Below are positions 18,426-26,335 of a stretch of 64,000 nucleotides of DNA, piece after piece. A program made the translations under genes and the position numbers. The stretch spans positions 2,070 through 66,069 of the forward strand of contig CAIWFB010000194.1 in the NCBI GenBank assembly GCA_903911825.1, read 5' to 3'. The DNA is from an uncultured Verrucomicrobia subdivision 3 bacterium. GTDB taxonomy: Bacteria > Verrucomicrobiota > Verrucomicrobiia > Limisphaerales > UBA11358. The first letter of the stretch is position 1, and every line of letters begins with the position of its first letter. A model generated the notes under the pieces. The model saw only the letters and a program-made list of their open reading frames with translations, made no database searches and was not told the origin of the DNA.

Positions 18426-21400
18426 ATGCACACTCAATTGCCAGCTCACTTGATCGCCCACATCAACGTCAAACTCGCTCTCATCGGCTGTTCGCCGGTG
18501 CCGCTTGAAGGCGATAAAGAATTCGTCGAAATCGCCGCCGCCATGGCCGCGCAATCGCGGGAAAAAGATCGTTTGCTCGGAAATTACCTCTGCCCGGCCG
18601 ACCAGCGCATCCAGACGTTTCTTCACGATTATCTCGATGATATCCCTACGCCGAAGTTGCCCACGCGCACCTTCACGCTCGATCGCCCCGGCCTCGCCCG
18701 CGTGCTGTCGCTGCCGGTGGATCGCAATGATTTTGCGTCCGACATCATCAATTCTTACCGTGTCAAACAAGGCGTTTTGCACAATCCGAAAAGCGATCGT
18801 CGCACAACGGCGGGAATTTTTCACGTCTGCGAAGGCGGCCTACCCATTCCCGACGACAAACTCGGCGTGCCAAAAGCGACGTTCGCCAAAATCCTGCAAC
18901 TCGCGCTGACGCCCCCGGCGGAATTATTAAAATTACCGTTCACCTCCACGCAGCCGAAACCGGCGGAATGTTTCGTCTCGCTGCTGCTGCGCCCGCTCGT
19001 ATGCCCGGAAGTTCCCGGTTTCACGTCTAAAAAATCCATGGAGGTGCGCTTTTTCGTGCCGGGCAACTTGGTCAGCAACCTGGATTTCGTCGAAGCTATT
19101 TTCGAAAACGGCGGCGATCCGATTTTGCCGGAGAACGATTCCGCGTTGGACACGGAACATTGGAGCGGCCACACCGGCTGCGTGATTCTTGCGCCGCACC
19201 TCATCCGCGCCACCAAGAAATCCGTCGGCCTGCCACACTTCGATCAAGCTACGGAACGTCAGCGCCGTGATGGCATGTGCTGGAAGACCGAAGACGAACT
19301 TTACAACAAGGGAAATGCTTTCAAGCTCACTTGCCGCGACGAAGCGGGCGTCATCCTCACCATCATCGCGGACAACTATTTTGGTTACTGCAAAAAAGAA
19401 GTGAAGACGCAGTTGAGCTACGCGGCGAATCTGTTTGGCATTGCCGAGGAAGAACACGCGGGCGGCGCGCTCGTTTATCGCAGTTACGATTTGGGCGAAG
19501 AATTCAGCGGTGAAGATCACGTCCGCAACACCGGCCACACGTTTGATGAGATGGCGAAATTATTCGCAGGTGTCATGGAAGTGAAACCCGAAGGCTACGC
19601 GATTGATAAAAAATTTCCCGAGATCATCTACGTGCCGCACGACGCGCACTTCGACTTACACACGCAGAAAGTTTCGTGGACGAACACCACCGGCGATCAC
19701 AGCATCAAGCTTTCGCCCGGGAAAAATTACGTGCGCCCCTCTGGCTACCAAGTGCGCATGGAAAAACCGCCCGGCTACGGTCGCCAGTGGCGTTTGGTCG
19801 CGACGGTTGCGGAAGGCACCTTCTGCCACAAGCCCTGCACAGTTTCCGGCGGCGGCAAATCGGAAATTTCCAAACCCATCACCGACGCAATTTTGACCGG
19901 GTCCATTTACGTCGCCGACGTGAAGAATGATTTCGACCGCGTGGAAGAACTCATCAATCGCGATTACTCCAACCGTTTCGCCGAAGCGTCGCGCAAAGAT
20001 CATCGCAGCGTGCTCTCGCCGGAACGTTCGCTGGGTTCCGTCATCAAACTACTCACGCCGGACGAGCATGATTACACGCCCGCCTACAACACCTGGATCG
20101 CCGGCGTGCCGCAACACGTCAAAGAACTTGTCTTCGTCGTGAAACGTTATTTTAAACCGGAATGGGGCGCGAACTGGCGCGATCATTTCAGCGTGGACAT
20201 AATCAACGGCACGCCCGGCAACGAACTCAAATGCGACAATCGCAAGCTGGTCACGACCTATTTGCGCGTAGGTTTCGCGGCGGATGGCGCGTGGCGCACG
20301 TTCGGTTTGCGTAAAGATTTTCACCCCGCCGTGAAGGTGCAGATGGAAGACGACATCACGGCCTCGACCGTCGTGCCCGCTAGCCGTTTGGAAAATTTAC
20401 CTGAGGGCACGGACAAAAATCTCTCGCTCAAATTCGTTCAGAATACGGAACAACGTTTGTTCCAACGGCCCGACGACGCGATTCATCGCGGCTACGACAA
20501 GCAGGCGGAATTGGATTTCGTGCAGCCTGAAAATTTCTTTTCCAACTATCAACCGCTCACGCCCAAAGACGCTCAGGAATTGGTCGAAGACGCGCTGGGT
20601 TTTCATCAATTCACTGCGCCCATGCAGAAGTTCATTCAGGAAGTCGCCACGACGGGCGAGCCGGATTATTTTGTCTGCACCGCCAATCCGCGTATCGTGG
20701 ACGGTAAGCCCACAAAAAATCCGCGCTACCTCCAGAAACGTCCTGACCTCGTGCGCGCGGGCGAAACGTATCTCGCCGAAATCTCCACCCGCCTGCGCCG
20801 TCGCGTGCCGCCGGGTCTGCCGCTGCATACGCCGGTGACGGCCGTATTGCCGGGACGCCGCAATAATCCGCCCGAAGCTGGCATCCGCGCGCTCGCGTGC
20901 TACAACCCGGTTCACTACATGGAATTGCCGGAGCTGTTCATGGAAGTCATTTGCAGCATGACGGGCAAATCGCCTTCCACCACCGGCGCCGGTTCCGAAG
21001 GCGCGCTGACGAAAGGACCGTTCAATGCGCTGCCCCCGATCATTGACCTGAACAACGCCCTCGTGTCGTTCATCCTCACGGGTCACAACGCGTTCGTCAC
21101 CGCCGCCGGATACGTCGGGCCCAACTTGCGCGTGGATCACGATGTCAGTTTGATTGTGCCGGAAATCTGGTGCCGCCTGACCACCGAGGAGCGCGATCCC
21201 AAATTTCTCATCGCCAATCGGTTTCTGGAAAAATGCCAGGACTTCGAGCACGGCGGGAAGAAAGTGCTCGCGAGCCGCCTCGGCTGGCGCATCAATGCGC
21301 GCTTCGTGCACGCGTTCTTTGGTCGCGTCTTCAATCATCCGCACGCCGTGTTCACCGAAGCGATGCTCAAGCCGGAGTTGCAGGGCAAAGACATCTTCGT

Positions 21401-21839
21401 GGACGGCATGGACAACATTCTCGCCACTCAAAAACGCGTGGCCAAAATGTATTTCGACGATGGTAGCATTGCGCAAGCGAGTCCGCCGCTGAAGGCGCTC
21501 CTGCACATCATGCTGCACGATGAATTTGAGGGTAAAGGTTTGGAACACGCCGATGTGCGAAAACTCTTCACGCGCGAAAACCTGCTGGCCAGCGATTGGT
21601 ATGCAGCGCGTTTGGTCGCGAAACAAAAGGTGGATCGTAAGCTCTGGAAGCGGCACGTCGAATATCTGGCGAACTTCTTGAAGCGCCCGAATTACGCCGA
21701 CATGGCAGAGCGCTTGAACATTGGCGAACGCCTGACGAACGCCCGCAAAACACTCGCCGCCGTGGAAGCGCCGGAATATCTCCAGCAACTCATCGGCACG
21801 ATTGGAGCGGAGCCGGTGGAGAATTATTTGGTGAAGTAA
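18426..21839 (+). CDS. Large (1137 aa) conserved soluble protein of uncertain function; tentative candidate PPi-dependent PEP carboxykinase-like enzyme
   Basis: It is a single uninterrupted ORF with ordinary, non-repetitive composition and no TM segments or signal peptide. I set the start at the ATG at 18426. The function guess rests only on the unusual ~130 kDa size class and the overall enzyme-like character, not on motifs I can verify. Confidence 0.6.
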   Translation: MHTQLPAHLIAHINVKLALIGCSPVPLEGDKEFVEIAAAMAAQSREKDRLLGNYLCPADQRIQTFLHDYLDDIPTPKLPTRTFTLDRPGLARVLSLPVDRNDFASDIINSYRVKQGVLHNPKSDRRTTAGIFHVCEGGLPIPDDKLGVPKATFAKILQLALTPPAELLKLPFTSTQPKPAECFVSLLLRPLVCPEVPGFTSKKSMEVRFFVPGNLVSNLDFVEAIFENGGDPILPENDSALDTEHWSGHTGCVILAPHLIRATKKSVGLPHFDQATERQRRDGMCWKTEDELYNKGNAFKLTCRDEAGVILTIIADNYFGYCKKEVKTQLSYAANLFGIAEEEHAGGALVYRSYDLGEEFSGEDHVRNTGHTFDEMAKLFAGVMEVKPEGYAIDKKFPEIIYVPHDAHFDLHTQKVSWTNTTGDHSIKLSPGKNYVRPSGYQVRMEKPPGYGRQWRLVATVAEGTFCHKPCTVSGGGKSEISKPITDAILTGSIYVADVKNDFDRVEELINRDYSNRFAEASRKDHRSVLSPERSLGSVIKLLTPDEHDYTPAYNTWIAGVPQHVKELVFVVKRYFKPEWGANWRDHFSVDIINGTPGNELKCDNRKLVTTYLRVGFAADGAWRTFGLRKDFHPAVKVQMEDDITASTVVPASRLENLPEGTDKNLSLKFVQNTEQRLFQRPDDAIHRGYDKQAELDFVQPENFFSNYQPLTPKDAQELVEDALGFHQFTAPMQKFIQEVATTGEPDYFVCTANPRIVDGKPTKNPRYLQKRPDLVRAGETYLAEISTRLRRRVPPGLPLHTPVTAVLPGRRNNPPEAGIRALACYNPVHYMELPELFMEVICSMTGKSPSTTGAGSEGALTKGPFNALPPIIDLNNALVSFILTGHNAFVTAAGYVGPNLRVDHDVSLIVPEIWCRLTTEERDPKFLIANRFLEKCQDFEHGGKKVLASRLGWRINARFVHAFFGRVFNHPHAVFTEAMLKPELQGKDIFVDGMDNILATQKRVAKMYFDDGSIAQASPPLKALLHIMLHDEFEGKGLEHADVRKLFTRENLLASDWYAARLVAKQKVDRKLWKRHVEYLANFLKRPNYADMAERLNIGERLTNARKTLAAVEAPEYLQQLIGTIGAEPVENYLVK

Positions 21840-21910
21840 AATTTGCGGCTGGCTCCTGACTGATGGTGGGTTAGTTCGGCTGGCGAACTAACCCGTCGCC
21901 GAGCGCAGCG

Positions 21911-22177
21911 TCAAGCGACGGAAACTTGCGGGCGCGGAAACCGTCCGCACACCGCATCATCCACCCAAATATCTTCGTCCAATTCTTCCCAGCGTAAGGC
22001 CAAGCCGTTCAGCCGAAGTTTGGCTTTTTGCAGAAGATTTTCCGGAGCTTTTGCCAGCAGCGGAAATTTGGCAGCGGGAAAACTGACGAACCGTCCGTCG
22101 GCCAGTTCAAGACAGACGCGCCGAGCTTCCACCCAGCAACGCAAGGCAATCGTTTCAGTTTTTGGCTCAATGACCAT
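21911..22177 (-). CDS. DUF2442-family small protein
   Basis: The sequence ...ALRCWVEARRVCLELADGRFVSFPAAKFPLLAKAPENLLQKAKLRLNGLALRWEELDEDIWVDD matches the DUF2442 pattern. I set the start at the ATG at 22177. It overlaps the upstream DUF4160 gene by 11 nt. Confidence 0.7.
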   Translation of the reverse strand: MVIEPKTETIALRCWVEARRVCLELADGRFVSFPAAKFPLLAKAPENLLQKAKLRLNGLALRWEELDEDIWVDDAVCGRFPRPQVSVA

Positions 22178-22403
22178 GCGTTTGAATATAGGCTGCCAGA
22201 AGTTTTTGGCAATTGTCTTCAACTAACTCCGCAACACGATTTAATTCGGCCGGGGCAAAACCGTGATTGGACGCGAGCGAAACTGGCTGCAACCAAAATT
22301 TGGCTTCGCAATCGTCACGTTCAACGTGGATGTGCGGAGGCTCGTTCCCTTCACGACTGTAAAAGTGAAAGCGATACGGCCCGATACGCATCACAGTTGG
22401 CAT
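22167..22403 (-). CDS. DUF4160-family small protein
   Basis: The 78-aa product reads MPTVMRIGPYRFHFYSREGNEPPHIHVERDDCEAKFWL, the characteristic DUF4160 N-terminus. It pairs with DUF2442, as is common for these families. Confidence 0.8.
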   Translation of the reverse strand: MPTVMRIGPYRFHFYSREGNEPPHIHVERDDCEAKFWLQPVSLASNHGFAPAELNRVAELVEDNCQKLLAAYIQTHGH

Positions 22404-22412
22404 AAAGGAATC

Positions 22413-23546
22413 TCAATTCACCAACCGATACCAATTATCCCTCTGGTGCGGCTCGTAGCCGAGGTCTTTGATGAGCCGGTGCATGTCCGGCACCGTCATG
22501 CGGAACGTCGTGCCCGCCTGCGAAACGACGTTTTCCTCGATCATGATGCTGCCCAGATCATTCGCGCCGAACTTGAGCGCAACTTGACCGATCTCTAAGC
22601 CCTGCGTGACCCACGAACTTTGGATATTCTCGAAGTTGTCGAGATAGATACGGGCCAAAGCCTGCGTGCGCAGATATTCATGCGCTCCCACCGTAGGCGC
22701 GCGGAGCTTGGTGTGTTCCGCTTGGAAAGTCCAACCGATGAACGCCGTGAAATGTGCGGGCTGCACGCCTTGGCCGTTGTATTCCGCCACGCGCTTCAAC
22801 GACTGGTCTTGCTGCACGCGTAAGCGATTGAGATGTTCGATACGGTCAGCGAGCGTTTCCACGTGGCCGAACATCATCGTGGCGCTGGAATAAAGTCCCT
22901 GCGCATGGGCGATGTCCATGACGGACAACCAGTCATCGCTCATCGCTTTCAACGGTGCCACGCGTTTGCGCACGGCATCCACGAGAATTTCTCCGCCGCC
23001 ACCGGGAATCGAGCCTAGTCCGGCATTCTTGAAATCAGCGATGATTTTCTCCAACGGCTCATTGAACACGTCGCGGAAATGAATGAATTCGCTCGGGCTG
23101 AAGCCATGGATGTTGATCTGCGGCCACTTATTTTTGATGTGCGACAGCAGGTCCAGATACCACTCCTTGGTGAGCTTGGGATGATGACCACCCTGCATGA
23201 GGATCTGCGTGCCGCCGAGCGCGAGCGTTTCGGCAATCTTCTGATCCATCTCGTCTTTGGTGATAACGTAGGAATCCAGATCCTTTTCCGTGCGATAAAA
23301 CGCGCAGAACTTGCAATAGACATTGCAGACGTTGGTGTAATTGACGTTGCGATCCACGTTGAACGAAACGATTTCGTTGCCGCGACCGCCGTAAGCCTTG
23401 GCCTTGGCAAGTTGGCGGCGACGGTCCGCCAACGCGCCGAGTTCTTCCAGCGGCAGCGTGAACAGCCGTTTGGCATCGGCGGCGTCAATGCGCTTGCCGT
23501 CCCAAACTTTTTGCAACAATTCGTCGAGTGATGCGTCGTAAATCAC
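22413..23546 (-). CDS. Radical-SAM enzyme of the futalosine menaquinone pathway (MqnE/MqnC family)
   Basis: It has the CxxxCxxC cluster in NYTNVCNVYCKFCAFYR, then GGTQILMQGGHHP, HGFSPSE and ENVVSQAG. The 377-aa length fits the family. I cannot separate MqnE from MqnC by eye. Confidence 0.85.
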   Translation of the reverse strand: MIYDASLDELLQKVWDGKRIDAADAKRLFTLPLEELGALADRRRQLAKAKAYGGRGNEIVSFNVDRNVNYTNVCNVYCKFCAFYRTEKDLDSYVITKDEMDQKIAETLALGGTQILMQGGHHPKLTKEWYLDLLSHIKNKWPQINIHGFSPSEFIHFRDVFNEPLEKIIADFKNAGLGSIPGGGGEILVDAVRKRVAPLKAMSDDWLSVMDIAHAQGLYSSATMMFGHVETLADRIEHLNRLRVQQDQSLKRVAEYNGQGVQPAHFTAFIGWTFQAEHTKLRAPTVGAHEYLRTQALARIYLDNFENIQSSWVTQGLEIGQVALKFGANDLGSIMIEENVVSQAGTTFRMTVPDMHRLIKDLGYEPHQRDNWYRLVN

Positions 23547-23605
23547 GGACGCAAGCTAGCAGAGGTGGCGCTGTGAATCAAACTACAGATGGAGCGGCGG
23601 CTTGG

Positions 23606-24187
23606 TCAAAATGTCCAAGCATCGCTTCTGTATGTGTTTGAGCTTCCGTGTAACAACGCCTGATTCTGGTGAAGATAGTCCCAAGCATCATCACTAATAT
23701 TATGGGCAAAAGCCATGTGGCCACCTCTTACGTTTGCGGACCGATAAATGATACCATCTGCTGCAAGCCCATTGACGACACCATCGTCAATGCGCAACAC
23801 ATTAGAGCGTGACTGCTTTGCAATATAGAACCTCAAAATTTGCTTTTCGTTTTCGGTAAGACGGTGCAATCGCTCCATTCTGCGTTGCGCAATCTTGCTC
23901 ACGATAGACTTGTGTCGTATCCAGCCAACAACCGAAATGCTTCGATCCACTGCGAAAAGGACGCTCGTAAATACGAAGATGAAAAATAAGTATGGGCGAT
24001 AGTGCTGGGCAAGCTCACTACATCCGAAATTCTTTAGCCAACTTTCAGGGCTGAAAATAAAAAAGGCAGCGACAATGCCAAGCGCTACAAGATAACGCGG
24101 CGCAAGTTTCAAAATATCCAGCAGCATTTTTACGAACTCTGTGCCCATAGTGCAAAACCGCCTAAAATTTAGGTAGGCCAAAAGCAT
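23606..24187 (-). CDS. SieB-like (superinfection exclusion B family) membrane protein, tentative
   Basis: The size is about 175-193 aa. The N-terminus (MLLDILKLAPRYLVALGIVAAFFIFSPESWLKNFG) plus a second TM, and the C-terminal LTENEKQILRFYI...DDGVVNGLAADGIIYR, resemble the SieB family layout. By eye the region is clearly more A+T-rich than its flanks. Alternative starts are at 24148 and 24127. Confidence 0.5.
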   Translation of the reverse strand: MLLAYLNFRRFCTMGTEFVKMLLDILKLAPRYLVALGIVAAFFIFSPESWLKNFGCSELAQHYRPYLFFIFVFTSVLFAVDRSISVVGWIRHKSIVSKIAQRRMERLHRLTENEKQILRFYIAKQSRSNVLRIDDGVVNGLAADGIIYRSANVRGGHMAFAHNISDDAWDYLHQNQALLHGSSNTYRSDAWTF

Positions 24188-24255
24188 GCGGCCTGCTTTG
24201 TTTCACCCAGCGACTCTAGGTTGGACGAAAATTTCTGTCCACCTTCTTTTCATTT

Positions 24256-24807
24256 TCACCGCGTGCGCTGAAATTGCTCCGGTGGCAATTGCGCCAGCGC
24301 TTCACTCGCGGCGCGGACGATTTCCAATTTACCCAACGCCTGCGCGGCGCGGGCGCGATGCAGTTGAGCTTCTACCATCTGCGGATTCAGCGACAAGGCG
24401 CGTTCCGCACAGTCGAGCGCTTGCGCGTGGCGACCGAGTTGACCGTTCATGCTCGCCAGATTGGCCCAGCCCAGTTGATTCTGCGGCTCCAATTGCAGCG
24501 CCTGCGCCAGACACTTCGCGGCCTCGGCGGGTTGTTGCAATGCGTCGAACAAAAGACCAGCGAGATTATTCCACGTCTTGAAATCTTTGGCGTCCAACTT
24601 CAGCGCCCGGCGATAACTCGTCTCCGCTTCCACGAACCGACCCATCGCCGCCAGCGCCACGCCAGCGTAGAACCACGCCTTCGCGTCGGCGGCATTTTCC
24701 GTCTGCCACTGTTGCGCGAATATCAGCACTTCGGGCCAAAGACCTTGTTCGCACAGCGCGCGGGCGTGGGCGATGCGGTCATTGGCCACGTTTGAAGAAC
24801 GACTCAT
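24256..24807 (-). CDS. Tetratricopeptide-repeat protein
   Basis: The 183-aa product has four to five TPR-like 34-aa repeats (WFYAGVALAAMGRFVEAETSYRRALKLD...). Confidence 0.8.
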   Translation of the reverse strand: MSRSSNVANDRIAHARALCEQGLWPEVLIFAQQWQTENAADAKAWFYAGVALAAMGRFVEAETSYRRALKLDAKDFKTWNNLAGLLFDALQQPAEAAKCLAQALQLEPQNQLGWANLASMNGQLGRHAQALDCAERALSLNPQMVEAQLHRARAAQALGKLEIVRAASEALAQLPPEQFQRTR

Positions 24808-24849
24808 GTGGGCGAAAATTTAGCAAGGTTGGGCGCGGAACGAAAAGTT

Positions 24850-26079
24850 TTAGTCCTTCGCTTTCGGCATCATGAACGACGCGGCAGCGGCAGGCAGAAA
24901 GAGAAAACCCGCGTAGAATAGCGCGGCGCGGTGGTCGCCCACTTTCGAGAAAAGCCCAAAGAACACCGTGCCAAAAGCCGCCGCGATGCGGCCGATGTTG
25001 TAGCAAAACCCCGCGCCCGTTGTGCGCAGCAGCGTGGGAAACAGCGGTGGCAGATACATCGTGAACAATCCAAACACGCCCTGACAGAAACCGATCAACG
25101 GAAACCAGCAGAGCAACGCTGCGTGATCGCGCGCCGAGAAATACGCGCCAAACATCATCAGGAAATACGCGAGAAACGTCCACGCAATCGTGGCACGATA
25201 GCCGAAGTAACGCGCGAGACAGCCGGAGAAAAAGTTGCCGAGAATGGACGAGCCGATGACCAGATACATCGCGGTGCTCGCGAGTTTATTTTTCTGCTCC
25301 GGCGTCATCAACAACACGTCCGGCAAGTTCCGGAGATGTTGCTGATGCCAGAACATGAAGGCCCAGTGCGCCGTCAGCGACACGCCGCAAACCAGCATCA
25401 CCCACAGCGTGATGCGCCGTGTTTCACCACGAAACAATTCGCCGATGCCCGGCTGTTTGAAATCAGCCGAGGCGCGTGCCGCGTGCCATTCCTCCGGTTC
25501 CGGCACGGCGCGGCGAATCCAGAACACCAACAGCGCCGGAATCACGCCCACGAGAAAAAGATACTTCGGCGGCGCGCTGGCAAGGAGGAGATTCGCCAAG
25601 ACGGCGAGGAGGATGCCCACGTTCACCCCGCATTGCAGCACGGCGGCAATCCACGGCCGCCACGTCTTCGGCCACGTTTCGGAGAGCAACGAGGCGCCCA
25701 CCGCCCATTCGCCGCCGATGCCGAGCGCCGCGAGAAATCGGAAGATCATCAATTGCCACCACGTTTCCGCGAAGAACGATAAACCGGTGAACATCGCATA
25801 GGTCAGCACCGTGAAACTCAACGTGCGCGAACGCCCGAAGCGATCGCCGATGAAACCAAAGAAGCCGCCGCCCAACGCCCAGCCCAGCAGGAACGCAGCT
25901 TGAATGATGGAAGCGTATTGCCCGACCGCCGGGTCGCTCGTGCTGCTCGCCGCGATGAGTTGCATCACGAACGGCGCCGCGACGAGCGTGTAGAGGTGCA
26001 TGTCCAGCCCGTCAAACATCCAGCCGAGCCAGGCGGCGATGCCGGATTTCCATTGGCGCGGAGTGAGCTGGGATTTCAT
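24850..26079 (-). CDS. MFS transporter
   Basis: The 409-aa product has about 12 TM helices and the MFS loop motif GDRFGRSRTL. Confidence 0.85.
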   Translation of the reverse strand: MKSQLTPRQWKSGIAAWLGWMFDGLDMHLYTLVAAPFVMQLIAASSTSDPAVGQYASIIQAAFLLGWALGGGFFGFIGDRFGRSRTLSFTVLTYAMFTGLSFFAETWWQLMIFRFLAALGIGGEWAVGASLLSETWPKTWRPWIAAVLQCGVNVGILLAVLANLLLASAPPKYLFLVGVIPALLVFWIRRAVPEPEEWHAARASADFKQPGIGELFRGETRRITLWVMLVCGVSLTAHWAFMFWHQQHLRNLPDVLLMTPEQKNKLASTAMYLVIGSSILGNFFSGCLARYFGYRATIAWTFLAYFLMMFGAYFSARDHAALLCWFPLIGFCQGVFGLFTMYLPPLFPTLLRTTGAGFCYNIGRIAAAFGTVFFGLFSKVGDHRAALFYAGFLFLPAAAASFMMPKAKD

Positions 26080-26119
26080 CGCCGCGTTTTATAGCGGGCG
26101 GCGGAAAGAATGAACAGAA

Positions 26120-26332
26120 TTATTGGTAATGCGGCGGCTTGGTGTTGTTCGCCTTGATGCGTTCCATCTCGATCGTTTCCATGGCGGTGGACTGGCGCAT
26201 AACTTCTTTTTTCAGGCGCTCCAGCAATTTTCCTTGTTCGATGATGACGCCGTTCAATTGCTCGACGTGATGTTCCAGATGCGCCGCGTTGGATTCGACG
26301 GCGGCGAGCCGGGCGGAAATTTCTTCGTTCAT
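26120..26332 (-). CDS. slyX: SlyX-family coiled-coil protein
   Basis: The 70-aa product reads ...RLAAVESNAAHLEHHVEQLNGVIIEQGKLLERLKKEV..., matching SlyX. Confidence 0.72.
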   Translation of the reverse strand: MNEEISARLAAVESNAAHLEHHVEQLNGVIIEQGKLLERLKKEVMRQSTAMETIEMERIKANNTKPPHYQ

Positions 26333-26335
26333 AAC

